This document shows positions 31,212 to 42,202 of a stretch of DNA of 64,000 nt, one piece after another. Within the stretch, counting starts at the first letter, position 1. Each line of letters starts with the position of its first letter. Source of the DNA: Burkholderiales bacterium (GTDB lineage: Bacteria > Pseudomonadota > Gammaproteobacteria > Burkholderiales > Eutrophovitaceae). Both the position numbers and the translations under genes were made by a program. The notes beneath the pieces are model-generated. The model was not told the origin of the DNA. It searched no databases and saw only the letters and a list, made by a program, of their open reading frames with translations. Where the stretch lies: the NCBI GenBank assembly GCA_028379895.1, contig JAOEKQ010000001.1, positions 9,574 through 73,573 on the forward strand, in the 5' to 3' direction.

Positions 31212-33407
31212 CTAGGCTTGAGTTAGCTTTGCATATTCCAGGGCAAGCCATTTTAAACCGCTCTCTCTAAAATTCACTTGTAGCCGAGCATCTGTTCCTT
31301 GTCCTTCGACTTGAACAATGATGCCAATACCGAATTTAGCATGTTTTACTTGTTGTCCAATGCGGAATCCCCCCGGAGTGTTTCGACTGACCATGGTAGG
31401 TTTGTGGGGTCGAGGAGCAGCAGATGTCGTGATGAATTTGGCGTCATTAATTTTTTTCAATATAGTTTCAGGTATTTCATCAATGAATCGCGATTCAATG
31501 TTGTAGCGTGTTTGTCCATGCAGCATTCGCATTTGCGAGTGTGATAGATAAAGGCGCCGCATGGCACGCGTCATGGCGACGTACATTAGCCTTCTTTCCT
31601 CTTCTAAACCACCGTGCTCGTTAATGCTGTTTTCGTGGGGGAACAACCCCTCTTCCAAGCCGCTGATAAACACACTGTGGAATTCTAGGCCCTTTGCTGC
31701 ATGAACGGTCATTAACTGCAGTGCGTCCTCGCCGGCATGAGCTTGATTATCACCCGCCTCAAGTGAGGCGTGCGCCAGAAAGTCAATCAACGGATCGAGT
31801 TCGGTTACGTTAAAACCTTCCTCGGCATTGTTCTCCATTTGAGGTTCTAAGCTCGGCGTGCTGGCCCTTTCAGCAACAAAAGCTGAGGCTGCATTAATAA
31901 GCTCTGTAAGGTTTTCGAGTCGGTCTTGGCCGTCACGGTCTTTTTGATAATGCTCAACAAGACCGCTACTCTCGATCGCGTGTTCAATTAAATCCGGGAG
32001 CGAGAATCCTAAGGTTTCATTTTTTAACTTTTCGATTAAATTGATAAACCCCGTTACAGCAGTAACCGAGCGACCAGACAGTGGTGCCGAGCACGCCGCT
32101 TGCCAGAGGGTTGAGCCAGAACGTTCGGCAAGGTCGCGAATATTTTCGATCGTACGGTTGCCGATGCCGCGTGTTGGAAAATTAATAATTCTGAGTAGTG
32201 CCCCATCGTCGCTAGTATTGGCGATCAATCTGAGGTAAGCAAGGGCATGTTTTACTTCTTGTCGTTCGAAGAATCTTAGTCCCCCATAAACTCTGTAGGG
32301 AAGCCCGGCACTGAATAAACCGTGCTCCAATACCCGAGATTGAGCGTTTGACCGATAGAGGAGCGCAATATTTTTGAGCTCGGTACCGGAATTTCGTAGC
32401 GCTTGTATTTCTTCAATGATAAATGACGCTTCTTCGCCATCAGTCATAGCTCGAAAGACCCTGATAGGTTCTCCTTCTCCCTGATCTGTCCACAAGTTTT
32501 TTCCAAGCCTACCGTCGTTATTTTTAATTAGTGCGTTGGCACCGTCTAGGATATTCCCAAGAGAGCGGTAATTTTGCTCAAGCTTTACCACTTTTTCGAT
32601 TGCAAAGTCTGTTTCAAAGCTCAACATATTTCCAGAGTTTGCTCCTCGAAAAGCATAAATGGACTGGTCATCATCGCCCACGGCCATTACACACGCGCCT
32701 TGTTCAGCTAAGAGTTTGAGCCATGCATATTGAAGTCTATTCGTATCTTGAAACTCATCGACCAGGATATGTTTGAACCGATTTTGATAATGTTTAAGTA
32801 GTCGCTCATTCTTTAATAATAATTCGTAGGAGCGAAGTAGTAATTCTGAAAAATCTACAACACCTTCGTTGGCGCAGGTGCGGTCATACGCTCGATAAAC
32901 TTCTGTAAGAGTTCTACCAAAGTCATCAACAGGCTCCACTTTATCCGGACGCAACCCCTCTTCTTTATTACTATTGATGAAGTATTGTGCTTGCCTGAAT
33001 GGGTAGCGGACCTCGTCAATCGACAAACTTTTCATGACACGTTTAACGAGCGATAACTGATCAGCTGAATCTAATATTTGAAAGGTTTGAGGAAGATTTG
33101 CCTCACGGAAATGTGTTCTGAGTAGTCGATTACATAGCCCATGAAAGGTGCCCACCCACATGCCCCGAGTGTTTATTGGCAGCATTGACGTAATGCGAAA
33201 CAACATTTCTTTCGCGGCCTTGTTGGTAAAAGTAACTGCCATCAATTCAAAGGGATTAATTTGTCCAGTTTGAATGAGCCAAGCGATTCGGGTCGTGAGC
33301 ACCTTTGTTTTTCCTGAACCAGCTCCCGCAAGAACCAAAACGGAGGAATCTGAGTGGGTCGTAGCATCAAGTTGCGGCTGGTTCAGCCCTTTCAGTAGTT
33401 CTGACAT
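31212..33407 (-). CDS. uvrD: DNA helicase II UvrD
   Basis: AGAGSGKT, VDEFQDTN, VGDDDQSIY, LMTVHAAKGLEF, EERRLMYVAMTRA, C-terminal Tudor-like domain. Confidence 0.96.
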   Translation of the reverse strand: MSELLKGLNQPQLDATTHSDSSVLVLAGAGSGKTKVLTTRIAWLIQTGQINPFELMAVTFTNKAAKEMLFRITSMLPINTRGMWVGTFHGLCNRLLRTHFREANLPQTFQILDSADQLSLVKRVMKSLSIDEVRYPFRQAQYFINSNKEEGLRPDKVEPVDDFGRTLTEVYRAYDRTCANEGVVDFSELLLRSYELLLKNERLLKHYQNRFKHILVDEFQDTNRLQYAWLKLLAEQGACVMAVGDDDQSIYAFRGANSGNMLSFETDFAIEKVVKLEQNYRSLGNILDGANALIKNNDGRLGKNLWTDQGEGEPIRVFRAMTDGEEASFIIEEIQALRNSGTELKNIALLYRSNAQSRVLEHGLFSAGLPYRVYGGLRFFERQEVKHALAYLRLIANTSDDGALLRIINFPTRGIGNRTIENIRDLAERSGSTLWQAACSAPLSGRSVTAVTGFINLIEKLKNETLGFSLPDLIEHAIESSGLVEHYQKDRDGQDRLENLTELINAASAFVAERASTPSLEPQMENNAEEGFNVTELDPLIDFLAHASLEAGDNQAHAGEDALQLMTVHAAKGLEFHSVFISGLEEGLFPHENSINEHGGLEEERRLMYVAMTRAMRRLYLSHSQMRMLHGQTRYNIESRFIDEIPETILKKINDAKFITTSAAPRPHKPTMVSRNTPGGFRIGQQVKHAKFGIGIIVQVEGQGTDARLQVNFRESGLKWLALEYAKLTQA

Positions 33408-33433
33408 TCAGTGGGCTTCGGTGGAATTGAGTT

Positions 33434-34318
33434 TCATTTTTGAGCACGCTCTTCGCGACCATTTATTACAAGTTTTTGGACTCTAGGCGTCAGGATAAAT
33501 TTTAATGTTTTTTCAAATGTTTGGCCTGGGACAACAATGCAGTCTTCTTTGCTCTGAAATGAACCGCCTATCGCGTTAATTATATCTTCAATCTCTGTTT
33601 GGTTCGGGTCATTAAATCGGATCACTATCAAACTCTCGCTCGGGCTGGGGATTCCTATGTTGGAGAATGGGTTTGAGGTATCAACAGTAGGAACTCGCTG
33701 AAAGTTGATATGTGTTCTGGAGTATTGCGGGACGATGTGTTCGATGTAATCAGGCATTCGTCTTAAAATAGTTTGCGTGACATCGTCGATTGAGTGTCCC
33801 CTGTCTTTCTGATCACGGTAGAGTTTTTGTATCCACTCTAAGTTTATCGTTGGAGTAACTCCAATTAATAAGTCGACATGCTGGGATATGTTCACCGTAT
33901 CGGTCACTATGCCCCCATGTAAGCCCTCATATATGAGCAAATCGGAGCCAGTCGCTATGTCTGACCATTCTGTGAATGTACCAACTTTTTGACCGTAAAG
34001 GCGAGCAGAGTTTTCATCGTGTAAATATTGTCTTGCGCGACCTGCCCCCACTTCACCATATTCATTGAATAGAGCTTCTAACTCATCGAGAAGATTAGCC
34101 TCAGGACCAAAATGACTAATCGTTCGGCCCGCTGTGCGCTCCCAAGCATCGATTAGCTTACGCATCTCTTCGCGTTCGTATCGATGAAAACTATCCCCTT
34201 CAACGAAGATTGCTAGAAAATTTGCTTCGGCACAAATGAATTTGAAAGTCTCTTGGACACTGGTAGTACCAGCGCCAGACGCACCTGTGACGGCAACAAT
34301 TGGATGTGCTCGGGACAT
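33434..34318 (-). CDS. prkB: Phosphoribulokinase (proteobacterial class)
   Basis: HPIVAVTGASGAGTT, EGDSFHR, SHFGPEAN, YEGLHG, NLEWIQK, INFQRVPTVDTSNPF. Confidence 0.92.
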   Translation of the reverse strand: MSRAHPIVAVTGASGAGTTSVQETFKFICAEANFLAIFVEGDSFHRYEREEMRKLIDAWERTAGRTISHFGPEANLLDELEALFNEYGEVGAGRARQYLHDENSARLYGQKVGTFTEWSDIATGSDLLIYEGLHGGIVTDTVNISQHVDLLIGVTPTINLEWIQKLYRDQKDRGHSIDDVTQTILRRMPDYIEHIVPQYSRTHINFQRVPTVDTSNPFSNIGIPSPSESLIVIRFNDPNQTEIEDIINAIGGSFQSKEDCIVVPGQTFEKTLKFILTPRVQKLVINGREERAQK

Positions 34319-34458
34319 AAAGTTTAAACGAAGTTAATGATGGTTCACGAATAGCTACTTTTTAATTCGCAGCAAAGATGCGCTTAAATTTGATCTTGCG
34401 CATCATTAATGTAGACCTAAAGTTATAATTAGATATTAGTTTACAACATTGGTCACAC

Positions 34459-37065
34459 ATGGAAAGTCAATATCATCCTTCACTCATAGAGGCAGAGGCT
34501 CAGTCTCGCTGGGTTGAGAGTAAATCGTTCAAGGCTACAGAGGATCAAAATAAGCCCAAATATTATTGTTTGTCTATGTTCCCTTACCCCTCAGGTAAGT
34601 TACATATGGGACACGTCCGCAACTATACGATTGGGGACGTGCTTACTCGATATCATCGAATGAATGGCTATAACGTATTGCAGCCGATGGGTTGGGACGC
34701 TTTCGGATTGCCCGCCGAAAATGCTGCGATGGCTAACGGTGTGCCACCTTCTAAATGGACGCGCGACAACATCGCATATATGAAGAAACAGCTCCAATCA
34801 TTAGGGTTTGCTATCGATTGGAGCCGAGAGCTGGCGACTTGTGATCCTACTTATTATCGCTGGAATCAATGGTTATTTACAAAAATGCTCGAGAAGGGTC
34901 TTGTCTACCGGAAGACGGGCACGGTAAATTGGGATCCAGTCGATCAAACTGTGCTTGCGAATGAGCAAGTCATTGATGGATGCGGCTGGAGAACTGGCGC
35001 CGTTGTCGAGAAACGCGAAATACCTATGTATTACATGCGTATTACCGAGTATGCGCGCGAACTTCTGCAGGCTTTAGAGGCTTTGCCGGGCTGGCCTGAT
35101 CGCGTCAAAACGATGCAAGCAAATTGGATCGGGTTAAGCGAGGGCGTAAATGTATCTTTTCCTTATACCTTAGATGGGAAGGATGAGCTGTTAAAGGTAT
35201 TTACGACCCGAGTCGATACGATAATGGGTGTCACATTTTGCGCGGTTGCTGCGGAGCACAGCATTGCAGAATACGCCGCTAAGTCTGATCTGAAGCTAGC
35301 TGCATTTATTGAGGAATGCAAACAGGGCAGTACGATGGAAGCAGACATAGCGTCTTTAGAGAAGAAAGGGATGCCCACGGGAGTTTTTGTCACGCATCCT
35401 TTAGATGGTAGGCGTGTCGAAGTTTGGGTTGGTAACTACGTTTTGATGACGTATGGCGAGGGCGCTGTTATGGGAGTACCTGGGCATGACGAGCGTGATT
35501 TTTTATTTGCAAAAAAATACGGTATTGATATCCAGCAGGTAATCGAGGTCCCAAATAAGCACTACTCACAGGACGGATGGAGTGATTGGTATTCTGAAAA
35601 GGGCATATGCGTTGATTCGGGTAAATACGACGGTATGACATTTGCCGAGTCAGTGGAGAGCATTGCTAACGACCTCTTAACGCTCAGTTTAGGGAAAAAG
35701 CACACGCAATGGCGGCTTCGTGACTGGGGTATTTCACGACAAAGATATTGGGGTACCCCGATACCTATTATTCACTGTGAATCTTGTGGTGATGTGCCTG
35801 TCCCTGAAGGTGACCTACCCGTTATATTGCCGGAGGACTGTGTGCCCGATGGCTCAGGTAACCCATTAAATAAAAGGGCTGATTTTTTGCTGTGCAAGTG
35901 TCCAGCTTGCGGACGAGACGCGCAGCGGGAGACTGATACGATGGATACGTTTGTAGATTCATCTTGGTATTTTTTACGATTCGCTAGTGCCGATGCAAAC
36001 GAAGCAATGGTGGATGAACGGGCTAGCTACTGGTTGCCCGTTGATCAATACATCGGCGGGATTGAGCACGCGATTTTACACTTGTTGTATTCCCGATTTT
36101 GGACAAAGGTTATGCGCGACCTTCAGGTATCAGAGATCGATGAGCCGTTTTCAAATTTGTTGACCCAGGGCATGGTTTTAAATGAAATCTTCTATAAGAC
36201 GGAAGAGACAGGTCGAATTACTTATTACAATCCACAAGATGTTGAACTACTGCTAGATGATAACGGAAAACGTTCAGGACAGCGCTTAGTCAAAAACGGT
36301 GAGGTCATAGAGACTGGTGGAATTCGAACCATGTCAAAGTCAAAAAATAACGGCGTTGACCCACAATCCCTAATTAACCGATATGGGGCGGATACAGCCC
36401 GATTCTTTATGATGTTTACGTCCCCACCCGAAGATACATTAGCTTGGAATGACGACGGGGTCGAGGGCGCATACCGTTTCTTAAAGCGTTTGTGGCGCTA
36501 TGGTTATCAATTTAAAGAGTCTATTAGCAAAGGACTAGTTTTAAATATTTCCCAGCTTAACTCTAAAGATGCTAAAGACATACGCAGAGATTTGAACGTA
36601 TTATTAAAGCAGGCAAATTTTGATTATCAGCGAAAACAATATAATACCGTCGCCTCTGCTGGGATGAAAATGCTCAATGTGCTTGATCATATCGGGGGCG
36701 CACGATTGGAAGAAGATGAACGATCGAGTTTGAGGGCTGAGGGCTTAGGTATTTTGTTGCGAATATTATTTCCAATTGTTCCTCATATTACGGAGAGACT
36801 ATGGGATGAGCTGGGATTTGCCGGCGATTTACAATATGCGGTATGGCCACGAGTAAATAAAGAAGCCCTATTGCGAGACGAAATTGAGCTTGTAGTGCAA
36901 GTTAATGGGAAGTTGAGAAGTAAAATAACCGTTGCTGTATCCGCTTCAAAGGAGCAGATCGAGGCCGCGGCCTTAGGCGACGACCTGGTGCAAAATTATG
37001 TCCATGGTAAGTCCGTAAAAAAAATCGTGCTTGTTGCAGGCCGACTGGTAAATATAGTCATTTAA
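34459..37065 (+). CDS. leuS: Leucine--tRNA ligase
   Basis: [36 protein letters not shown]. Confidence 0.99.
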   Translation: MESQYHPSLIEAEAQSRWVESKSFKATEDQNKPKYYCLSMFPYPSGKLHMGHVRNYTIGDVLTRYHRMNGYNVLQPMGWDAFGLPAENAAMANGVPPSKWTRDNIAYMKKQLQSLGFAIDWSRELATCDPTYYRWNQWLFTKMLEKGLVYRKTGTVNWDPVDQTVLANEQVIDGCGWRTGAVVEKREIPMYYMRITEYARELLQALEALPGWPDRVKTMQANWIGLSEGVNVSFPYTLDGKDELLKVFTTRVDTIMGVTFCAVAAEHSIAEYAAKSDLKLAAFIEECKQGSTMEADIASLEKKGMPTGVFVTHPLDGRRVEVWVGNYVLMTYGEGAVMGVPGHDERDFLFAKKYGIDIQQVIEVPNKHYSQDGWSDWYSEKGICVDSGKYDGMTFAESVESIANDLLTLSLGKKHTQWRLRDWGISRQRYWGTPIPIIHCESCGDVPVPEGDLPVILPEDCVPDGSGNPLNKRADFLLCKCPACGRDAQRETDTMDTFVDSSWYFLRFASADANEAMVDERASYWLPVDQYIGGIEHAILHLLYSRFWTKVMRDLQVSEIDEPFSNLLTQGMVLNEIFYKTEETGRITYYNPQDVELLLDDNGKRSGQRLVKNGEVIETGGIRTMSKSKNNGVDPQSLINRYGADTARFFMMFTSPPEDTLAWNDDGVEGAYRFLKRLWRYGYQFKESISKGLVLNISQLNSKDAKDIRRDLNVLLKQANFDYQRKQYNTVASAGMKMLNVLDHIGGARLEEDERSSLRAEGLGILLRILFPIVPHITERLWDELGFAGDLQYAVWPRVNKEALLRDEIELVVQVNGKLRSKITVAVSASKEQIEAAALGDDLVQNYVHGKSVKKIVLVAGRLVNIVI

Positions 37066-37085
37066 TCGAATTGCATGCGAAATTA

Positions 37086-37586
37086 ATGCTTAAAATAAAA
37101 ACGACGTTACTTCTTATAGGAATCGCAATCACGTTGTCTAGTTGCGGATTTAAATTGAAGGGTAGTTTCGAGATACCCTATCAAGCTATATACCTGCAAG
37201 CAGAGGTGGGGTCCCGTGTTGGCAAAATAATTAAAAAGAAAATTCAGAGAACATCTTACGTTAATGTCGTTCAGACAATGTCCGATGCTGAAGTTGCCAT
37301 AATTATTTTAAGCGAAGTCTCGATACGAACCGTTGCAGTATTGTCAAATGCGGGCAGCGTTGATGAGTATGAGTTGGTTTATACCATCGGGTATAGAATT
37401 GATTCGACAAATAATTCAATCAACAACGCCGAGCGCCAGCTCGTATTACGTCGGAAAATAACGCACAGTGATCTTGATATTGCAGCTAAATCGAATGAAG
37501 AGAATTCTCTAATTAATGATATGGCTTCTGAGGCGGCCACTAGAATCTTGGTGCGTCTTTCAAGGAAAAAAAATATAGGATTATGA
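37086..37586 (+). CDS. lptE: LPS assembly lipoprotein LptE
   Basis: Lipobox LSSC followed by GFKLKG; directly after leuS; ATG 37086. Confidence 0.9.
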   Translation: MLKIKTTLLLIGIAITLSSCGFKLKGSFEIPYQAIYLQAEVGSRVGKIIKKKIQRTSYVNVVQTMSDAEVAIIILSEVSIRTVAVLSNAGSVDEYELVYTIGYRIDSTNNSINNAERQLVLRRKITHSDLDIAAKSNEENSLINDMASEAATRILVRLSRKKNIGL

Positions 37587-37653
37587 GTACTTTGGGCGTA
37601 AATTATAATGCTGATATCTGCGTTAATGCGCTAGTTGAAGGACGGCGTTTAAC

Positions 37654-38790
37654 ATGAACTCGTCAATTGGAGACGTGAAGCCGCAAACCATGGATTTTGA
37701 GGAACCTTTACTTCTGAAATGTGGTGATACGCTCTCTAACTATCAACTTACTTTTGAAACATACGGTGCCCTTAACGATGATAAGACTAACGCTGTTCTG
37801 GTGTGTCACGCGCTTAATGCATCACATCACGTAGCCGGGACGTATGACGGAGACGAAAAAACCTTGGGTTGGTGGGATAATTTAATTGGGCCAGGTAAGC
37901 CGTTAGATACCAACCGTTTTTTTGTGATTGGCGTTAATAATCTCGGTGGATGTCATGGCTCGACCGGTCCGTCAACTATAAACGCCGCTACTAATGAACC
38001 ATGGGGAAGCGCATTCCCTATGGTTACTGTTGAGGATTGGGTAGAAACTCAGGCTAGACTTGCGACTAAGCTTGGTATTGATATTTTTGCTGCGGTTATG
38101 GGCGGCAGTTTGGGAGGTATGCAGGCTCTTCAATGGACCATAGATCAGCCTAACCGTATTAATAATGCCGTAATCGTAGCAGCTGCACCAAAATTATCCG
38201 CACAAAATATCGCGTTTAATGAGGTGGCACGCCAAGCGATTACTCTCGACAATGAATTCTTTGATGGCGATTTTTACCAGCACAAAGCCATACCACGAAG
38301 CGGTTTAAAAATTGCACGGATGATTGGCCACATAACTTATCTATCCGACGACACAATGGACGTTAAGTTTGGTAGAACTTTGCGTAAAGACTCTTTAAAG
38401 TTTAACTTCGATACTGATTTTCAAATTGAGTCTTATCTGCGTTATCAAGGGGATAAGTTTGCAGATACTTTTGATGCAAATACTTATTTACGTATAACGA
38501 AAGCGCTTGACTATTTTGATCCGGCTGCCAAGTGCTCGGGGAACTTAGCTGAAAGCTTGAGTCATGCAGAAGCTAACTTTCTAGTTATTTCATTCACTTC
38601 CGACTGGCGGTTCTCTCCTAGTCGCTCGGAGGAAATCGTTGAAGCGCTCGTAGCGAACAAATTGAATGTGTCCTACGCGGAAATAGATTCGCCCAACGGG
38701 CACGATGCATTTTTGATGGACGAGCCGATTTACCATAATTTGATTAGTGCTTATTTTGAGCGAATATGGAACGAGCGCTGCGATGTCTAA
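37654..38790 (+). CDS. metX: Homoserine O-acyltransferase MetX (acetyl vs succinyl not resolved)
   Basis: [29 protein letters not shown]. Confidence 0.96.
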   Translation: MNSSIGDVKPQTMDFEEPLLLKCGDTLSNYQLTFETYGALNDDKTNAVLVCHALNASHHVAGTYDGDEKTLGWWDNLIGPGKPLDTNRFFVIGVNNLGGCHGSTGPSTINAATNEPWGSAFPMVTVEDWVETQARLATKLGIDIFAAVMGGSLGGMQALQWTIDQPNRINNAVIVAAAPKLSAQNIAFNEVARQAITLDNEFFDGDFYQHKAIPRSGLKIARMIGHITYLSDDTMDVKFGRTLRKDSLKFNFDTDFQIESYLRYQGDKFADTFDANTYLRITKALDYFDPAAKCSGNLAESLSHAEANFLVISFTSDWRFSPSRSEEIVEALVANKLNVSYAEIDSPNGHDAFLMDEPIYHNLISAYFERIWNERCDV

Positions 38791-39391
38791 GGGGAATAAA
38801 ATTAGGCGCCGTGATTACGAAATAATCACTACCATGATTCGTAATGATTCTACCGTGCTAGATTTAGGATGCGGCGACGGATCATTGTTGTTACACCTTA
38901 AGAAGACGCGAAACGTAACGGGGTACGGCGTTGATAAAGATTACCGAAATGTTTTTGCGAGCGTAAGCAACGGTATTAATATTATCCAATCTGATTTAGA
39001 GCAAGGCTTATCCGGCTTCGCTGACAATGCATTTGATTACATTATTTTGTCTTTGACTTTGCAAGCCGTTCATGAAACCGAAGTCATTATGGACGAAATG
39101 CTTCGTGTAGGCAGGCAGGTAATCGTCACTTTCCCTAACTTTGGATTGTGGCGACATCGCTTACAGATTTTGTTAGGGAAAACACCTATGTCAAAAGAAT
39201 TACCCCACCAATGGTATGACACACCGAATGTTCATGTGTTAACGATTAATGATTTCGAAAAGTACTGTTCACAATACGACGTAAATATTCGTGACCGTAT
39301 CGTAATTAGCGAGAGTGGTCGGATGGTCACGACGTTTCCTAACCTGTTGGGAGCTGTGGCAATTTATCGGTTTAATAAGGGGCCGAATTAG
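38783..39391 (+). CDS. metW: Methionine biosynthesis protein MetW
   Basis: [24 protein letters not shown]; follows metX; ATG 38783. Confidence 0.95.
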   Translation: MSKGNKIRRRDYEIITTMIRNDSTVLDLGCGDGSLLLHLKKTRNVTGYGVDKDYRNVFASVSNGINIIQSDLEQGLSGFADNAFDYIILSLTLQAVHETEVIMDEMLRVGRQVIVTFPNFGLWRHRLQILLGKTPMSKELPHQWYDTPNVHVLTINDFEKYCSQYDVNIRDRIVISESGRMVTTFPNLLGAVAIYRFNKGPN

Positions 39392-39414
39392 TACGTACTA
39401 TTTTCTACCGATTT

Positions 39415-40737
39415 TTAGGGCCTGCCTTCTATCGATATTTTTCTTACGAACCAAACAAGCATCAGACTAGGTATCCCAATCAGTGCTGTTGTTAAAAAGA
39501 AATATGCGTATCCCCATGTTTCGACAAATACACCTGACCATCCAGCAATCGATTTTGGCAACAAAAACATCAGCGAGCTGAATAGCGCGTATTGAGTTGC
39601 TGAATACTGGATATTGGTCAGGCTAGACAGATATGCGATGAATGCTGCGCTCGCGATTCCTGCGCTGAAATTGTCGGCGCTCACCGTGAGAGTGAGTGCC
39701 CCGATGGAGGGCTCATTAACGGATAGCCATGCGAATAACAAATTTGTTAGGCTGCTCAGAGCGGCACCTAAAAAAAGTATCTTAAAAATCCCGAGATACT
39801 TGATTAGTGACCCTCCGACGAGAGCGCCTAAAACAGTCATAATTACGCCGAAAATTTTTGATACCGTGGCAATCTCCTGCTTTGAGAATCCCATATCTAT
39901 ATAAAAGGGGTTTGACATAACACCCATAACAATATCCGAGATGCGATAGAGGCTAATCATTGCAAGCAATGAGACTGCTTGAAGCCGATAACGTCTTATA
40001 AAGTCTAAAAATGGCATGACGGCGGCCTTTTTAAACCATCTAACTAGTCGTTCCACTCGTGATTCTGCATTCCATTCAGTAATGCATTGATTGATTTGCG
40101 GAGATGGCTCTGGCGAGAGGATGGTGGTTACCATGCCGATTAACATGAGGGCCGCCATACACATATACGTATACATCCAAGGCTCTGGTTCATATATGTT
40201 CGCGGTGTAGTCAAACCATGAGGCTAGAAATAGTGCACCAGCAGATGCAATAATCATGGCTATTCGATATCCCATTTGATACGTTGCCGCCATGGCTCCT
40301 TGATCCTCAATCAGTCCCGATTCAATTCGGAAGGCGTCTAAGGCAATATCTTGAGTCGCAGAAGCAAAAGCAGTTAATAAAGCAAATCCTATAAGGCTAG
40401 ATACTCCTCGTGAGGGGTCCGTTGTCGCTATACCAATTAGCCCAATAGCTATTGCAACTTGAGATACCAATAACCACGATCGCCGCCGACCAAACTTTGT
40501 GGTGAGTAGGGGTATCGGTAGTTGATCAACCAGTGGAGACCAGGCCCATTTAAAGGCGTACACCAAACCTATCCATGAAAAAAATCCAATCGCTGAAAGC
40601 TCAAGTCCAGCTTCTCTTAGCCAGAAAGAGAGAGTTCCAAATACTAAAAGAAGTGGTAGGCCTGCTGAAAACCCCAGGAACAACATACGTAAAACATTAG
40701 TTTGAGTATAAATTATGAAGAAGGCGCTAATATTCAT
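39415..40737 (-). CDS. ampG: AmpG-family muropeptide MFS transporter
   Basis: LGFSAGLP, KWAWSPLVD, SATQDIALDAFRIE, ATQYALFSS. Confidence 0.93.
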   Translation of the reverse strand: MNISAFFIIYTQTNVLRMLFLGFSAGLPLLLVFGTLSFWLREAGLELSAIGFFSWIGLVYAFKWAWSPLVDQLPIPLLTTKFGRRRSWLLVSQVAIAIGLIGIATTDPSRGVSSLIGFALLTAFASATQDIALDAFRIESGLIEDQGAMAATYQMGYRIAMIIASAGALFLASWFDYTANIYEPEPWMYTYMCMAALMLIGMVTTILSPEPSPQINQCITEWNAESRVERLVRWFKKAAVMPFLDFIRRYRLQAVSLLAMISLYRISDIVMGVMSNPFYIDMGFSKQEIATVSKIFGVIMTVLGALVGGSLIKYLGIFKILFLGAALSSLTNLLFAWLSVNEPSIGALTLTVSADNFSAGIASAAFIAYLSSLTNIQYSATQYALFSSLMFLLPKSIAGWSGVFVETWGYAYFFLTTALIGIPSLMLVWFVRKISIEGRP

Positions 40738-40776
40738 ATTTTTAGGGTGGCACTTCTTTAAATTGAATGAAAGCAA

Positions 40777-41553
40777 TTACAAGTCAAAATCATAGTCAAT
40801 GATTAATGGTGCATGATCGCTAAATCGCTTGGCTTTATAGATTTTTTCACGTTTTGCTGTTTGCGCAATACCTGGCGTGCATAGCTGGTAGTCAATACGC
40901 CACCCGACATTATTCAGCCAAGCCTGCCCGCGGTTCGACCACCAGGTGTATTGATCGGGACGCGGATTTAATGTTCTAAATACGTCGATATATCCCAGGT
41001 TATTGAGAATTCCGTCGAACCATTCTCTCTCTTCAGGCATAAAACCTGAATTTTTTTTGTTAGCCTTCCAGTTTTTTAAATCGATTTCTTTGTGTGCGGT
41101 ATTCCAATCCCCACATATCACGACCTCCCTGCCGCTTTTTTTTAATTCGTTCAGTGGTTCTACGAATCGCTCCATGAAGCGAAACTTGATGGCTAGCCTT
41201 TCGTCAGAGCTTGACCCTGATGGAACGTAAACGGAAATAACAGAGAGGTTATTAAAACGTGCTTCAATATACCTGCCCTCAGCATCAATATCCTCGAAAC
41301 CGAGTCCTTCAATCACTTCATCAGGTTCTCGTTTAGAATAAATACCAACGCCGCTATAGCCCGGTCGTTGGGCGCAATGAAAATAGCTGTGATAGTTAGC
41401 GATGCATCTTGTATCGTCATCAATATCTTTTTCCTGAGCTTTAAGCTCTTGAAGGCATAATATATCCGCGCCGGACCTTCTCAACCATGGAGCGAGTCCT
41501 TTTCTAACCGCAGAACGGATACCATTTAAATTTAATGAAATTATTCTTAACAT
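40777..41553 (-). CDS. xth: Exodeoxyribonuclease III (AP endonuclease)
   Basis: [41 protein letters not shown]; homology start at 41553. Confidence 0.95.
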   Translation of the reverse strand: MLRIISLNLNGIRSAVRKGLAPWLRRSGADILCLQELKAQEKDIDDDTRCIANYHSYFHCAQRPGYSGVGIYSKREPDEVIEGLGFEDIDAEGRYIEARFNNLSVISVYVPSGSSSDERLAIKFRFMERFVEPLNELKKSGREVVICGDWNTAHKEIDLKNWKANKKNSGFMPEEREWFDGILNNLGYIDVFRTLNPRPDQYTWWSNRGQAWLNNVGWRIDYQLCTPGIAQTAKREKIYKAKRFSDHAPLIIDYDFDL

Positions 41554-42202
41554 GACACCACAACTTTTCTCAAAAATAGATTTTATCGAGTTTACCCGCC
41601 ACGCTAACGTTTTGCATTTTGGTGATTTTACAACCAAGGCTGGTAGGCAATCGCCTTACTTTTTTAACACTGGTTTGTTTACGGATGGGAACGCTATCGG
41701 AAGACTAGGTCGATTTTATGCTCAAGCGATTCTTAGTGCGAAAATTAATTTCGATATGCTTTACGGACCAGCATACAAGGGGATTACTTTAGCGGCTTCA
41801 ACGGCGATAGCATTATCGAGTTTAAATCGGAATGTGCCGTTTGCATTTAATCGTAAGGAGGCTAAAGCACATGGCGAGGGAGGGTTAACTATTGGCGCAC
41901 CAGTCTCAGGTCACGTTCTTATTGTTGATGATGTTATCTCTGCTGGAACTTCAGTTCGTGAATCTATCAATGTTATCGAAGCCGCAGGCGCTACACCTTG
42001 CGGTATTGTTGTTTCTTTAGATCGTCAGGAACGTGGTACAGGCACCGAGTCAGCGATTCAAGAAATTGAGCGAGAGTTTAAGCTCCCTGTAATCAGTTTA
42101 TTTTGCTTGGATGATCTCGTTGATTATTTATCGCAACGGCCTGAAATGGCCGATAACCTTAAACAAGTTAGTGAATATCGTGCCCAGTACGGCGCGAGTT
42201 AA
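41552..42202 (+). CDS. pyrE: Orotate phosphoribosyltransferase
   Basis: [37 protein letters not shown]. Confidence 0.97.
   Translation: MTPQLFSKIDFIEFTRHANVLHFGDFTTKAGRQSPYFFNTGLFTDGNAIGRLGRFYAQAILSAKINFDMLYGPAYKGITLAASTAIALSSLNRNVPFAFNRKEAKAHGEGGLTIGAPVSGHVLIVDDVISAGTSVRESINVIEAAGATPCGIVVSLDRQERGTGTESAIQEIEREFKLPVISLFCLDDLVDYLSQRPEMADNLKQVSEYRAQYGAS

Noticed and set aside
36325-36348. LeuS KMSKS motif reads TMSKS
   Set aside because: The catalytic second Lys is retained, and I recall this variant in other betaproteobacterial LeuRS
37587-37653. Possible SAM-II/SAM-V riboswitch upstream of metX
   Set aside because: GCTGAT is present, but the P1 stem, pseudoknot and GCTAAA-type 3' motif are not; the probable leader is only about 40 nt
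40777-41553. Possible Crc (catabolite repression protein), given the divergent position next to pyrE
   Set aside because: Retains the nuclease motifs LQELK, GDWN and SDHAP, consistent with an active ExoIII
41554-41637. 28-aa N-terminal extension of xth in the ORF track
   Set aside because: Lies inside pyrE; family similarity begins at MLRIIS (41553)
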